Shown here one piece after another: positions 37,800 through 53,083 of a stretch of DNA of 64,000 nucleotides (position 1 is the first letter of the stretch; each line of letters opens with the position of its first letter). The notes beneath the pieces are model-generated. The model searched no databases, was not told where the DNA came from, and saw only the letters and a program-made list of their open reading frames with translations. Made by a program: the position numbers and the translations under genes. This stretch comes from Eledone cirrhosa (Eukaryota). Location: contig OZ024743.1 in assembly GCA_964016885.1 (NCBI GenBank), forward strand, positions 120,032,001-120,096,000. The letters run 5' to 3'.

Positions 37800-39210
37800 C
37801 TTAAGGGGATGCTCTGAAAAGAAGCAAATATAGGGGCATAAAACTGATGGATCAGGTCATGAAAGTGGCAGAAAGGATATTAGCGCAACTAATTACAGAA
37901 AGGGTCAAACTAGATGAGATGCAATTTGGTTTTGTGCCTGGGAAAAGTACAACGAATGGCCTCTTCTTAATGAAACAATTACAAGAGAAGAATAAGCCAC
38001 TATACTTAGCTTTTGTTGACCTAGAGAATTCCTGTGAGGACAGTGCAAGCTTTGTACAGAGGTGCTGTCAGTAAAGTGAGGGTAGGAATGGAGTTTAGTG
38101 AGGAATTCCAGATACAAGTAGGAGTACATCAGGGTTCGGTCCTCAGCCCGCTCTTGTTCATTATAGTCCTCCAAGCCATAAAAGAGGAGTTTAAGACTGG
38201 CTGCCCATGGGAACTTCTCTATGCTGACGATCTGGTTCTTATAGCAGAATCAGTAGAGGAGCTAGAGAATAAATTATGGCTATGGAAACAGTAGTTGGAA
38301 TTAAGAGGACTGAGAGTGAACCTAGCTAAGACAAAAGTGTTGATGAGTAGAAAAGAGGACAAAACTCAGATTCCGTCAGGGAAATGGCCATGTTCGATAT
38401 GCAGAAAAGAAACTAATAAATTCTATAAAATGTACACAATGCAGATCTTGGGTACACAAGAGATGTAGCGGGATAGCAGGAAAACTAACAGGTAGGGAGA
38501 AATACGTATGCAGTAGATGTACAGGGAAATTTGACAGTAGAAGTCGCATTGATAGACACACTTTTCAAATGCGGGTAGGGCCTATAGAGGTGGTTGATAG
38601 CTTCCAGTACCTGATCAGATTAGCATGGAAGGAGGGTGATCCGAGGCCATAGTATCTAGAATAAGGACGGGTTGGAAGAAGTTTAGGGAGCTGCTTCCTC
38701 TGTTGACGAAGAAGGGTTTCTCCCTGCGTACGAAAGGCCGGTTATATGATGTCTGTGTGAGGTGCGCGATGCTCCATGGTAGTGAGACATGGGCAGCAAC
38801 TGCAGAGGATATGCGACGGCTGGAGAGAAATGAGGCAAGCATGCTCCGTTGGATGTGCAGTGTAAATGTGCGTGAACGGCCGAGGATGGATGTGTTAAGA
38901 GAGAAACTGTGCCTGAGAGGGATAAATTCTTGTGTGCGGGAGAGGCGACTGCGATGGCATGTACATGTGATGCGCATGGAGGATGACCGATGGGTGAAGA
39001 AGTGCCAAGAAATGCCAGTTGAAGGAAGACGTAGTAGAGGAAGACCACAAAAATCATGGGCGGAAGTGGTGAGAGCAGACCTCAGATCGCTGAAGCTCAT
39101 GGTGGTGATGACGAAGGACCGTGACAAGTGGAGATATGATGTGCTGAAAAGGACCCGTTCCACCCTTGCAAGCAGGGGAAAACGGACGTAAAATGGTGAT
39201 GATGATGATG

Positions 39211-39213
<3 letters not shown>
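37800..39213 (+). mobile_element. RTE-clade LINE, 5'-truncated RT with Cys-rich (PHD-like) insert and (GAT)n tail
   Basis: YRGIKLM..QFGFVPGKSTT; GVHQGSVLSPLLF; LLYADDLVL; WPCSIC..WVHKRC..YVCSRC; RRLRWHVHV; gatgatgat tail. Confidence 0.93.
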
Positions 39214-39260
<47 letters not shown>

Positions 39261-39296
39261 TATACTTTGGGAGGGTCATGTTGCCAATAATATATG

Positions 39297-39332
<36 letters not shown>

Positions 39333-40154
39333 TGGGGGGGGAGAGGGGGGAGTCAGCCAGACAGACAACGGAGGTTGGAAGTTTTCGAAACAAAATGCGT
39401 GAGGAGAGTAAGTGAATACGGCGTGTGGGTGTGTAATTTTGGGTGGAATGTCCAGGTGGGTCATAGGTGCTGTTATGTGTGTGCAGATGGAGTGTGCATT
39501 TCGTAGGTGGGCATTATTTCTTGTGTGTGTGTGTATCGTTGATGAAAGTGCGCATGTGTGTGTATCTACGTGTGTCTGTGAGTTTTAGGTGGTTTTTTGT
39601 TTACGTTTGTGCGCCTGTACGTATTTTTGTGTATGTTTATGGATGTGTGTGTGTATATATATATCTGTATGTCTATGAATTTTTAATGCATTTTTGTGTG
39701 CATGTGAGTACGTTTGTTTGTGTGTATGCGTATGCTTATCTAGGAGTTTTCCTGGGTGGGTGTGTTTGTATGTGTATAAATTTATGTGTCTGTGAATTTT
39801 TAATGTATTTTTATATGTACAAGTGTGTGTGAGTTTATGTGGTTATTACTTTGCGCATATGAGACGTTTATGCGTGTGTGTGCATGAGCTTGAATAACTG
39901 TCTGTATCCGTGTCTGGTAGAATCCAGGGCTGAGATGGAACTAAACTGGAAAGAAAGGTGTGTAGCTGTCAAAGTTGGGTTATTTCAAGTTATGAAGTGG
40001 TAAGAGGAGTGGTGAATGGGGTGGATGTGTATTGTACACTCTAGAATGGAAGTGGTATGGAGTGAAGGGGTGGTGGCGCAGAATGAGGATGTTGGATAGT
40101 TACAAGAGTCACTGTGAAGGCCTGATTTTGTACATGCGTACCTATGTAGATGTA

Positions 40155-40443
40155 AGTGTAAAGACCCCCTTCAGTCATGAATAACCTTGGGATTTGCACA
40201 TAGAAGGTTCCCCTCCAAGGCACAAGATGTTTGTGGAAGACCAGCTGTCGCCCGTGCATACTAGTCTCCCCTCCCCTCTCCACTCCACCGATGTTGTCCA
40301 AGGGAAAAGGAAAAGCCGGTACACCAGTGCCGTCGCAACTCAATTCTACAGCTGAGTGAACTGGACCAACGTGAAAGCCAGGTCCAAGAATCAACCTCAC
40401 CATTGTAACCCCGACGCTCTAACCTCTATGCCATACGCCTTCA
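40155..40443 (-). mobile_element. tRNA-derived SINE (third body type)
   Basis: Reverse-complement head GGCGTATGGCATAGAGGTTAGAGCG, then CCAGTTCACTCAGCTG as in the 20246 copy, with a different 3' body. Confidence 0.7.
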
Positions 40444-40484
40444 CATATGTATTTGTATATGTGTGTGTGTATGTGTGTGTGTGT

Positions 40485-40515
<31 letters not shown>

Positions 40516-40882
40516 AATATATATATATATTTATATATATATATATATACAAGAAAATGGTGTATGTATCCAGGATAATTGGCGCATGGATATACTATAC
40601 TTTTAAAAAGACAGGTGATGACGTCATAAACGCTTTTGATCATAGGCGTTCGCATTATAGAATGATCTAAGGCTAAACAATAACAGCGGCAACAACAAAC
40701 AGCATTAAAAATATACTTCGCTATAGTGAGTTTGTGTTCATACTGAGTTGTATTTCTAATTATTTAAAGATGGACAAGCAGGCTCTGTACAAATTACCTT
40801 GCCGCTGTTTGAAGTAACGTACCAAATGTTTAAGTTACTTTTTAACGGAAAACGAATGCAAATCGCGTACCATTTTACATCT

Positions 40883-40885
<3 letters not shown>

Positions 40886-40930
<45 letters not shown>

Positions 40931-40933
40931 GCA

Positions 40934-40987
<54 letters not shown>

Positions 40988-41021
40988 GACACACACGCAG
41001 ACACACACACACACACACACA

Positions 41022-41064
<43 letters not shown>

Positions 41065-41075
41065 ACACACACACA

Positions 41076-41157
<82 letters not shown>

Positions 41158-41161
41158 CCCA

Positions 41162-41215
<54 letters not shown>
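40886..41215. repeat. (CA)n tract with periodic gcagac interruptions
   Basis: Direct reading. Confidence 0.95.
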
Positions 41216-41217
<2 letters not shown>

Positions 41218-41566
41218 AATGTGTGCTGAATATCTATAACTAACAAACGTGAATTGAAGAAAGGACTCATTAGTGTTGCATATCTGTTTTTAAAATAGGG
41301 GTTGTTTGTGATTTTGAAGTTTCACCAAAGAAATTTCTCAGACTGCTTAATAAACATTATGGCGATAACGAGAGAGAGAGAGAGAGAGGGGGGGGGGTAG
41401 AGATAGTGAGATTACGAAAGTCACAGAATTTATTTTAGTGATATCCGGTCATACCTCACTCACTCAATGAGATAACAAGCGTGCTGTTGATTGGCTGCAC
41501 GTTGTATTACAGAGCGGACACATAGTTAATGAATATTATAGCAGTGTAAATGTATTGGTTACACTG

Positions 41567-41632
<66 letters not shown>

Positions 41633-41727
41633 TGTATATTTATATATATATATATATATATAATGTGTGTGCGTGTGTGGGTCTGCGTATATATATATGT
41701 ATATATATGTATATATATATGCATATA

Positions 41728-41770
<43 letters not shown>

Positions 41771-41851
41771 GTATATATATATATATATGTGTATATATAT
41801 ATATATGTATATATATATGTGTATATATATATATGTGTATATATATATATA

Positions 41852-41885
<34 letters not shown>

Positions 41886-42269
41886 CACGTGCCTATATAT
41901 ATATATATATATATATATACACGTGCCTATATATACGTACACATACATATATATGTGTGTGTGTGTATACATATAATATAAATAATTGTTTCTACGTTAG
42001 GCACAAGGCCAACAATTACCCAGTGCATTAATATAATATATACATATAATATAAATAATAAGTCCTTCATTGGGCATAAGGGCCGCCATGTATGGGGAAA
42101 AACAGGGACTGAGTGTTAACAATAAAACAATAAAAATGAGGAAATTATATAAAACAATATCAATAAACAAAACAATGAAAATTCTACACTGGGGGCGGGC
42201 GTGGGGGGGGGGGGGGGGGGGTAACCACCCCTGTCCTCTTCAAATCAGTCTATAGGCGCGCGACCATTT

Positions 42270-44832
42270 AGCAAATGTACTGAGGGACAGCACTTACTTC
42301 TCCACCGTCACCTTCGTTTCCAAGTGAAACTTGAAAAAGTTGAGGAGGGATTGCCCCAAGAAAAAGTTTCTGTCTTCAGTCCTTTCAAATTCCTCCACAA
42401 TACAACCTCTTTCGCTATAGCCACCAGCCACTGAAGAAAACTAACTGCCCTTCCCGGCCAAAAGAAGTCGGCGTGGCTATCTTTGCGATGAACTCGGTCA
42501 ATAGCCGAATCCATCCCACACACGATGACAGCTGTTCGACATAACTCCAAAAGTCAATAATTGTTTCTACTTTAGGCTCAAGGCCAGCAATTATCCAGTG
42601 CATTACTGGTACTTTATTTTATCGACCCCGTAAGGATGAAAGGCAAAGTCAACCTCGGCGGGATTTGAACTCAGATCGTAAAGGGACGTAACTATGCTGG
42701 AAAGCATGGCGTCCGACCCTCTACCGATACTGCCAATCCACCGCCCTAAAAAAGTCAATAATGCACAGACACTTGACGAATGCATGCAGAACGGTTTCCT
42801 CACTCTGCGTGCATCTCGGACAGGTCCGTCTGCCTGCACTTCCGTACCTGTAGAGTTCATCTCGAACCGGCAGTGACCCCAGGTAGCAGTGTCCGGCTTC
42901 AAAGTCCTCCGGAACAGACTGATCAGTTCGATTTCGTCGACGCCCAGAGTTTCTCCGAGTGCGTCGTCGAAGTTGCCTACCACTAATCATCTATAGAACT
43001 CTACAATACAATTTCCACTTACTGCATTGTCAGCCTGATAGAGGGCAGACAGCGTCTGGAAACATTCTAGACGCCAGGCTCTCAATCTCGGTCTCTTCTT
43101 GACCCAGGACTTCAGTTCAGTCAAAGAAACGAGCTGCGGAAAGGCCTGTCTCGCAAAAGTTTACCAGACCTGTTCACCGTTTAAGAATATTTGAAGCTGC
43201 CTTACCTTCATCATTTGTTTGCGCATCATCAGCCACGGCGTGTCCGGGCCTCCGCGTAGCGGATGCTGGCAGCAGAAGGACCGCCTTGCTAAAGGAACCT
43301 GTCCCTTACACAGGAAGTTGAAGAATAAACGTTCCAATTTGGTGAGATGCGAACGGGGCAGGGCACGGCGTTCAGGCGATAATAGATGACTGAGGCGATG
43401 TACGAGTTCACCACCACCGTCCGACCTTTCAGGGATAGCTTCCCCTCGGCCCATTTCTGAGTAAGTGCGGCCTGACTGCTCGATACCTCGCCCCAATACT
43501 TATCCACCTGAAGGTCTGTTCTGAACCAGACCCCGAGCAACTACACCGGCCCGTCCAACGACGCTGTTGAACGACTTGGATTTGCCTCTTCAGGTGCCGA
43601 CTTGCAAACCCACCAACTTTTCCGGGTTCAGTTTTGCTCCCGTCAACTTTTCATATTCCTCTAAGAAGGTGTCGGCCACCTCGATTTCCGATATTTCAAC
43701 ACCATCACAGTGATATCGTCCGCATATGTCAACGCTGCCCTTCCACGTCCCGGTTATAATGGGATGCCTTGCAACAGCTCGTTTCCGCAGTAAAGGCTCG
43801 AGAGTCATACGTACAGACAGGAGGGGAGAGGCCACCCTTTACAGTACCGATCGCGTTCCGAAAGGTAACCCATAATTTTGACCACCAAGCAAATGTGGCC
43901 GTGCATTGCAGCGATCCAGCCTCTGTAGACGGGACCGAAGCCAACTGCCTTGAGGACAGCCTCCAGGTATCGATGGTCGACCATATCGATACCGTGAGGA
44001 CAGCCTCCAGGTATCGATGGTCGACCCTATCGAAAGTTTTTGATTGATCTGAATTGAGCATAGCCCCATCGAAGCAAGGTTTACCCCTTAACATCTCTAT
44101 GATGTTTGCGCCTCCCAAACCACAAACGCCAACCTATTCACCCACCTTTTCAAAAATATTAAATTCTGTGTTTAGCAGTGTTTTGGGCATGAAATTGTCT
44201 AAAGTGTTCCTCTTATTCGCGTCTTTCATCATCAGTTACTACGCCCCGGCTCACACAACTAGGAATAATCCCGTTCTGCTGCTAGTTGCAGTAGACCGCT
44301 TCGGGGAGATCTGGAAACAAGGCTGGCATATCTCCGTAAAATTCGTAGGGCAGACCATCCAAACGAGGTGACCTGCGTCTCGTGCAAACGACCAGACCAA
44401 ACTGAAGCTCGGCTGATGTTATCGGCCTTTCGCTGCCCTTACCATCCGCTGGTGAGAGTCAGGTGAGGCCATCGAGGTAGGAACTGAAGTCCACCATTGT
44501 ACCCGATACCCCGCTCCCCCCAAGTAGTCGACGGCCACCAGTCTAAAAGCACCACCTTTGCTATTGCTTACGTATAGGACCAACTTACCGTCTGGATCCT
44601 GGAAGATTGTCCTTATCTCGAGATCCAGGCCTTTCCTAAACATCACTGCCACCGCACTTCCCATTCCCAGTCGTCGAAAATGGGGAAGGGGTAGTGCGCA
44701 TGTGTCGGAAATTGTGGTCTCGTTGACGGCAGTCACATCCATATCTAGTGACCTGAGATCGTTCAACTAGGGACCCTACTTCCAGGACGATCCCAGGTCA
44801 TGAATATTTAGACAACCAACCCTTATAATCAC
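42270..44832 (-). mobile_element. L1/Tx1-clade LINE ORF2 (APE EN + RT + zf), degenerate with internal deletions
   Basis: RVGCLN..LRSLDMDVTAVNET (APE); DQSKTFDRVDHRYLEA; LGVWFRTDLQV; TCPRCTQSEETVLHAFVKC; paralogous to 33717. Confidence 0.9.
42562..42747 (-). mobile_element. Young SINE inserted in the L1/Tx1 copy, 13-bp TSD
   Basis: TSD aaaagtcaataat at 42549-42561 and 42750-42762. Confidence 0.93.
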
Positions 44833-45234
44833 TATTTTGTGTGGGCTACTTACCCTCCGATCTTTTGGAGATCGAGTGGTTCGATCTCCATGTCTGGTGG
44901 GTGTTCCTCTGAGAACCCCTTTAAAAGAAGCCTGCTTGTTGCTTTTGCATGTGGGGTCCCCACGTCTTGCGGGAAGCTCTCCTTAATGTTTTACATGTTT
45001 GTGTTGCCATTCGCACCATCATCTGTGATTGTGGCACTTTGAAGATGCTGGTAGCAAAAATCTTCCTCTCTCTCACAATCTTCTCACTTTGTGCTATAAG
45101 GATCATCAATTCTTGGGTGGCCCTTCTTATTAGCACAAACATTTTGTGTCTGTGTTATTGGTTGTTCAGGTTGTGCGAGGTTTCGTTTGAGTAACTGTAC
45201 TGTTGATGGTGGTGGTGGTGGTGTTATGGATATG

Positions 45235-45870
45235 GGGCTGGGTTAATGTTCTTTAACCAGCCTGGGGAACTATTCGTGATATTATCTAGTGCTCCTATGA
45301 TGATGGGAATGACCTTGATCTCATTACTCTCTTTTCAGTTCCCACTTTAGATGTAGGTACTGGTTAATTTTCTCTTCCTTTTCTTGCACTCTTTTGTCAA
45401 AAGCGACAAAAAAAAAACATTTACAATCACGCAAGATCTCTTTTCCTTGTCAAATCCCACCAGGTCAGGCCTATTGTTTTCTAATTATTTGTCCATTTTT
45501 ATCCTGAAATCCCACAGCATCTTCACCCGATCGTTTCCTATCACCAACTCTGTCTTATGCTCGTCCCTTTTCTCAGAATTAGATAATTCGTTCAGTTTGC
45601 ATAAATGCCATTGAATCATTTTTCCTATTATATCATGCCTCCATCCGTTTTAGTAGGCTTGGGCTAGATGTTTACTCTCGGATACGATGTGAGCCACAGT
45701 TTCCCCTCTCTCTTCACAGATCCTACAGAGCGGGCTAGCTTCTACTTTTTCAATATTGTGTTTCATGCACTTCGTTCTAAGAGCTTGTTCTTGTGCAGTT
45801 AGTAGCATTCAATGTGTAGCTTTCTTAAGGTCCCCTTTCTCTAACCAGTTCCATATGTGCAGATCTCTGA
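45235..45870 (-). mobile_element. Second R4-like LINE family, C-terminal CCHC + RLE fragment
   Basis: AQEQALRT..CRICEERGETVAHIVS..LWDFRI..PDL..IPIIIGAL on the minus strand. Confidence 0.8.
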
Positions 45871-45892
45871 AGAAAGTATTATTCATAGCAAT

Positions 45893-46050
45893 CGACTCAG
45901 CTGAAAATGAGTACCAGCAGTAGCTTGGGTTTAACCCTGCGATAGACTGGCGTCCTGTCCAAGGAGGAGTCTTGTACTCTCAGTCGCTTCACGCCATGAA
46001 ACCGGGATAAGCACCGGCCAAATGAGCCTTCTGGCTTAAGACAAACTTTA
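45893..46050 (+). mobile_element. 3' half of the 20246-type SINE
   Basis: Near-identical to 20365-20530. Confidence 0.85.
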
Positions 46051-46057
46051 GGCTTTG

Positions 46058-46119
<62 letters not shown>

Positions 46120-46124
46120 GAATG

Positions 46125-46315
46125 ATCGAGAATCGGAATATCGGCCCACGAAATCACGATAAACAATATCCGACATGTGTGGCAGAGGGCTCAATAGTTT
46201 GGATAAACCAGAGCTATAACTATCGTTAAAATACCAACACACAGAGATCATGCCAAAAATCACCCGTGCAGCCGAAAAAGAACGACCAGGAAGATTCGGG
46301 TCACTCAAATAAAAT
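46125..46315. repeat. Unclassified dispersed repeat, homologous to 21030-21220
   Basis: Colinear similarity; follows (TA)n. Confidence 0.7.
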
Positions 46316-46597
46316 ATCAATAAATTAATAAATTAAATGAATATATATATATACATATAATGTATATATATATACATATAATAACTAGAAATTGATTAAC
46401 ATATAAATAAACATGAATAATCACAAGAGATAATTTTTACAAGTGTGTAAGCACACATAACTAGGTAGGTAACTACATAATGTTGACCAGAACTGCAAAA
46501 ATAGATACCTTATAATATGATTAATTTTGCGGATGATATGGCGCATGTCTTTCTGGCATGACACCCATAATTTTGATTATCTTAATTTTGGATATAG

Positions 46598-46784
<187 letters not shown>

Positions 46785-47167
46785 CATATATATATATATT
46801 TAGAAACACACAGATACATGCGGACACACACATATATACATGAATGCATCCGCACCCAACTGTGAGTTAAGGGTGCCAACTTCACCGATGTTGCTCAATG
46901 AATGACTGGGACAGACCAATTCAGTTTGAACCAGACTGAACCAGTATCAGAGTTAAAAATACATTATGAAGAGAGAAAAAACATTTAGATATAATTAGTA
47001 ATAAAATGTATCATACCTAAACTGTTCCTAAATTCCTCGACTACGTAGTTTCGTGGCATAAACAAAAACAATATATCAAAGATATAGAGTCCTTGCGAGG
47101 TCTGCCGACTTATCAAGAGGATACCTCATTTTACTAGTCTCAAGAACGCGTCTACACGACGTGAGAA

Positions 47168-48345
<1,178 letters not shown>

Positions 48346-48559
48346 GATAAATCTACCAAAAGTTTACGGTAGTGTCCAATCCGTATGAAGAACTCAATGT
48401 AATCCGGATATCATGAAAAGAGAAGATGCATTCAAAAACTACTTTCGGTGAAAAATAAACGGAAAACAGAGTCAAGATAAACATTTTATAACAGCAACTG
48501 CTTGTATACCTTTTACTGACCTCCTGACCTATTTTCACCCCTAAAATAAGCTTCAATTA

Positions 48560-48925
48560 CTACTATTTTACCATTTGGCCAATTATTAACTTTCTATTGG
48601 TTAATTCTAAACCTCTTACCAAACAGACAGAATATATTAGATCTTTGTTGGTTTTATTCAATGAACAAATAAAATTTTTTCTGAGGTCAGCATAAGACCT
48701 ATTTCTTCCCTAAAATAATCCTTCATTCATAATATTCTTTTCCATCCAAAACTGAAATCTACCTTCCTCTACCCATAATTTAAGGTTCTTCTACTACTAT
48801 ATTACTATCCTGACCCTCACTATCTCTCTATTGGTCAATTCAAAACCTGTTCCCAAACAGACCTATTGTATTGAATCTTTGTTTTTTTCAATAAACAAAT
48901 ATCATTATTTCTGAAGACAGCATAT
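48560..48925. repeat. Two diverged ~130-bp direct repeats (unclassified element)
   Basis: ctattgg..aattc..aacc..caaacagac..atctttgtt..aacaaat..ttctga..cagcata occurs at ~48594 and ~48828. Confidence 0.65.
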
Positions 48926-49092
48926 ATATGTGTAGGTATGTATATTCCCTCTGATAGTTTGTATAAATATTGTACATAGATCTATAGAATATACATACCA
49001 ACTCTAACACATATATATCCTAGAAACGATCGTAAAATGATGAATTTTTTTAATATAAGGAACTGTTTCTTTGTTTATTCATTATTTTATTA

Positions 49093-49201
<109 letters not shown>

Positions 49202-49694
49202 ATTAATACAATAACAGAGATAGTTTAAAGCTAAACTCTGACTGGTAACCATCTCACTCAACAAACATTAGGTTATATTAAACTATAAACCCAATTTAAG
49301 TGTTTGGGGGGCTAACAATATGTATAATGTGGAAAAACCAGTTGTATTTTTTTATGAGATATAATTAAAGTTAAAGTATATCTCTCTTTCCAAACAATTG
49401 TTTCATTATAAGTTTTCTACAAGTTTGGGAGAATGTTTCCAGTTTATGTAGAAGCCTAATATATATTCATGTAAGAATATATTTAGGTGGGCACTTATAA
49501 ATCATCAGTGGAAGCCCATTAAACATTGATATAAGAAAACAATTTCTTACCGCTGTCAAAAATCATGTCCGTAAAGTTGGTCTCTCCCACCTCAAATGAC
49601 CGCTAAATTTGAAATTCCAGCAGTTTTTGACTGAGGAAGTATCATAGCGACACGAAGCGGGAAGGGGAGACAACCCACGAAATGAGGGAAAAAA

Positions 49695-50008
49695 ATAATA
49701 ATATACACGCGTGTTAATTAGTTTTTTTGAAAACATTATCAATCCAACGTGTTTAAGAACTCAATTGAAAATAAAAAAATAAATATATGTTTGTATAAAT
49801 TACACACGCATATAGATATTTTCTTAGGCTAAATCAGAAGTTGTACCCGAATAAGAACCGCTTCTCATAACCGCAGTAAATGCAGAAAGTTATGCTATAA
49901 AGGGCAAATGGGAATATAATTCTCCGGTTATTAAGAGTAAAATATAAAACACACGCGGGTTAATTAGTTATTTCAAAACCAATATTAATTCCTCGTGTAA
50001 AGAACTCA

Positions 50009-50012
<4 letters not shown>
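49695..50012. repeat. Two diverged ~65-bp direct repeats
   Basis: acacgcg.gttaattagtt...aagaactcaa at ~49705 and ~49951. Confidence 0.6.
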
Positions 50013-50074
<62 letters not shown>

Positions 50075-50245
50075 TACCTTAATGGCCCGGCATTTGCTCT
50101 AGGGTTCTTATATATTTGATATATATTTATCCTTATCGAGCCTCGTGAAATAAATACCTTTGTTTATATTTTGTTATTGTGTATGCAAAAATATCTGTAC
50201 ACGAATATATAATTATATATATATATATTTATATATATATATATA

Positions 50246-50334
50246 ATTGTTTCTACTTTAGGCACAAGGCCAGCAATTACCCAGTGCATTACTGGTACTT
50301 TATTTTATCGACCCCGTAAGGATAAAAGGCAAAA
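50246..50334 (-). mobile_element. Dominant SINE, 3' part
   Basis: Matches the consensus tail. Confidence 0.85.
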
Positions 50335-50469
50335 GATGGTTAAAAGAGTTCCAAGTATTTTATTATGCGCATTTCAAAAAACCATCTTTTGATCTTATAT
50401 TATTTATACTCCAGTACCTATAAACGGTGGAGTGCTACTTATCCGATATTTGCATTGCTTTATTGTGCT

Positions 50470-52021
50470 ACAATAAAACTAATAAGGCTATCTTTGACAG
50501 GGCGACACCCTACTATAATACGTCGTTGGCAAACAGCGGCTTCTCAAAACCTATCACCTACTCTCCCACTAGCAACAACACCATTAAGAAAAGTAAGCGC
50601 ATCAATAGACAAACTATCTGGTTCTCTCCTCCCTTCTCACTCAACGTTAAAACCAATGTAGGAAAAAGATATCTAGCCCTCTTAGATAGACACTTCTACA
50701 TAGGGTTAACCGCCAATAGATTCAAGCAGCGTCTTTACATGCATACCTATTCTTTTCGTTACCCTCTAATAAGGAATATGACGTCACTTTCAGCTTATAT
50801 CTGGAGTCTAAAAGACAACCACACCCAATATAAGTTACACTGGGAATCCTAGCTAGGGCTAGATCGTATAACGGAAATAAAAGACCATGTGACCTCTGCG
50901 CCGCTGAAGACCTGGAAATACTCTACGCCACAGACCACATCTTAAACAAAAAATCTGAGGCAATTTCGGCTTGTAAACATAAATTGCACAAATCTTTCCT
51001 GTATTACAGCCCCACATTATACCCTAACAGATAGTACGATCTATACGTGGATATTTTACGTCTTGATGCGGTAGCTAAGTATATGTTATGTTTATATCAT
51101 TACTTATTTTCATAGGTAAGTATATATTACCTGTATGTTTTGTGAAGGTACGTATACTTTCTCGTACGTATATTTGATTGTATATGTTATGGCGTATAAT
51201 TTTATTTATTCTGGTACATATGGTTTGGTTATGTGTATACGGGAGTTTTGCGTCTGTGTGAGTATGCGGGTTCGTACGTATGTAGCGTGTGTGTATATGT
51301 GTACTTCATGTTTTGGTTGACGTACGTCTCCGAACATTTGTGTATTTACATGTAGGTATGTGTGTACGCTTGTTATATACGTATTTATTTATTTATATAC
51401 GTTTATTTAATTATTTATTTATTTGTATACACGGACACACACACATATTTATATGTGCGTGGTTTTGTATACCTATGGCAAGTGTTTTCGCGTATGCTTG
51501 TGTATGTACGTATTTGCATGCGTGTATGTATTTATTTAATTTCTATTACCTCAGTATTGCATTTTATTTACTTTATTCTTAACTCTGAAGCAGAGATTCA
51601 TTCGGTTTCCTAGTTAGAATTTTAGTCTACGACTTCAGCTATACCTTTGCGTGCAATTGTTCTCCACGCTCCACATATGACGTATTATCTTCGTTTTTTC
51701 CGTTCATTGCCAGAGAACGTCTCTATGAACCACCTAAGAGAACATTAGTCTACGACTTCTTTTATACCATAAACGTGGTTCTGTCTTTGTGTGCAAGGTT
51801 TTCACCGCTCCTATTAATGACGTATTATATTCGTTTTTTCCCGTTCTTTGCCAGGGAACGTTTCCACGAACCAAAGTAGTCTTCCAGTCTTCCTCCGGTT
51901 GCAACGTTTTTTTAAATATCCACTTCTGCGTTTACAGATTGACTTTGTTAGTTTCAGAAGATCCCGTTAAGGGTGAAAGCAGCGATTCTTTGCTTAAACT
52001 TTAATCTGTTATTTTAATAAA
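50470..52021 (+). mobile_element. Penelope-like element (possibly Naiad type): RT-linker/GIY-YIG remnant, long 3'UTR and terminal HHR
   Basis: IFDRATPYYN.SLANSGF; IWFSPPFSLNVKTNVGKRYLALLDRHF; YIGLTANRFKQR..H..SF; TSLSAYIWSLK; CDLCAAE; LNKKSE..CKH; ends at (TA)n. Confidence 0.88.
51934..52009 (+). ncRNA. Extended type I hammerhead, U4A core variant
   Basis: ACAGATT..AGTTT-CAGAAGA-T-CCC-GTTAA-GGG-T-GAA-AGCA..TGCT-T-AAACT..AATCTGT; three copies in the window. Confidence 0.7.
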
Positions 52022-52144
52022 TATATATATATATATATAATGTGTGTGTGTGTGTATATATATATATTTATTTATTATATATATATATTATATATATATT
52101 ATATATGTATATTATATATGTATATATATATGTATATATATATG

Positions 52145-52191
<47 letters not shown>

Positions 52192-52393
52192 GTATATATA
52201 TATATATGTATATATATATATGTATATATATATGTATATATATATATGTATATATATATGTATATATATATGTATATATATATGTATATATATATGTATA
52301 TATATATGTATATATATATATGTATAGATATATGTATAGATATATGTATATGTATAAGTATATGTATAAGTATATGTATAAGTATATGTATAA

Positions 52394-52447
<54 letters not shown>

Positions 52448-52518
52448 ATATGTATATGTATATATATGTATGTATATGTATGTATATGTATGTATATGTA
52501 TGTATATGTATGTATATG

Positions 52519-52563
<45 letters not shown>

Positions 52564-52566
52564 ATG

Positions 52567-52597
<31 letters not shown>

Positions 52598-52624
52598 GTG
52601 TATATATATATATATATATGTGTG

Positions 52625-52657
<33 letters not shown>

Positions 52658-52676
52658 GTGTATATATATATGTGTG

Positions 52677-52710
<34 letters not shown>

Positions 52711-53052
52711 TGTGTATATATATATATATGTGTATATATATATATATGTGTATATATATATGTGTATATATATATGTGTATATATATATATGTGTATATA
52801 TATATGTGTATATATATATGTGTATGTGTATATATATATATGTGTATATATATATGTGTGTATATATATATGTGTGTATATATATATGTGTGTATATATA
52901 TGTGTATATATATATATATGTGTGTATATATATGTATATATATGTATATGTATATATGTATATGTATATGTATATATGTATATGTATATATATGTATATA
53001 TATATATGTATATATATATATATGTATATATATATATGTATATATATATATG

Positions 53053-53083
<31 letters not shown>

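Noticed and set aside
43950-44027. Short tandem duplication in the L1/Tx1 RT; similar one at 22850-22914
   Set aside because: Ordinary local slippage duplications.
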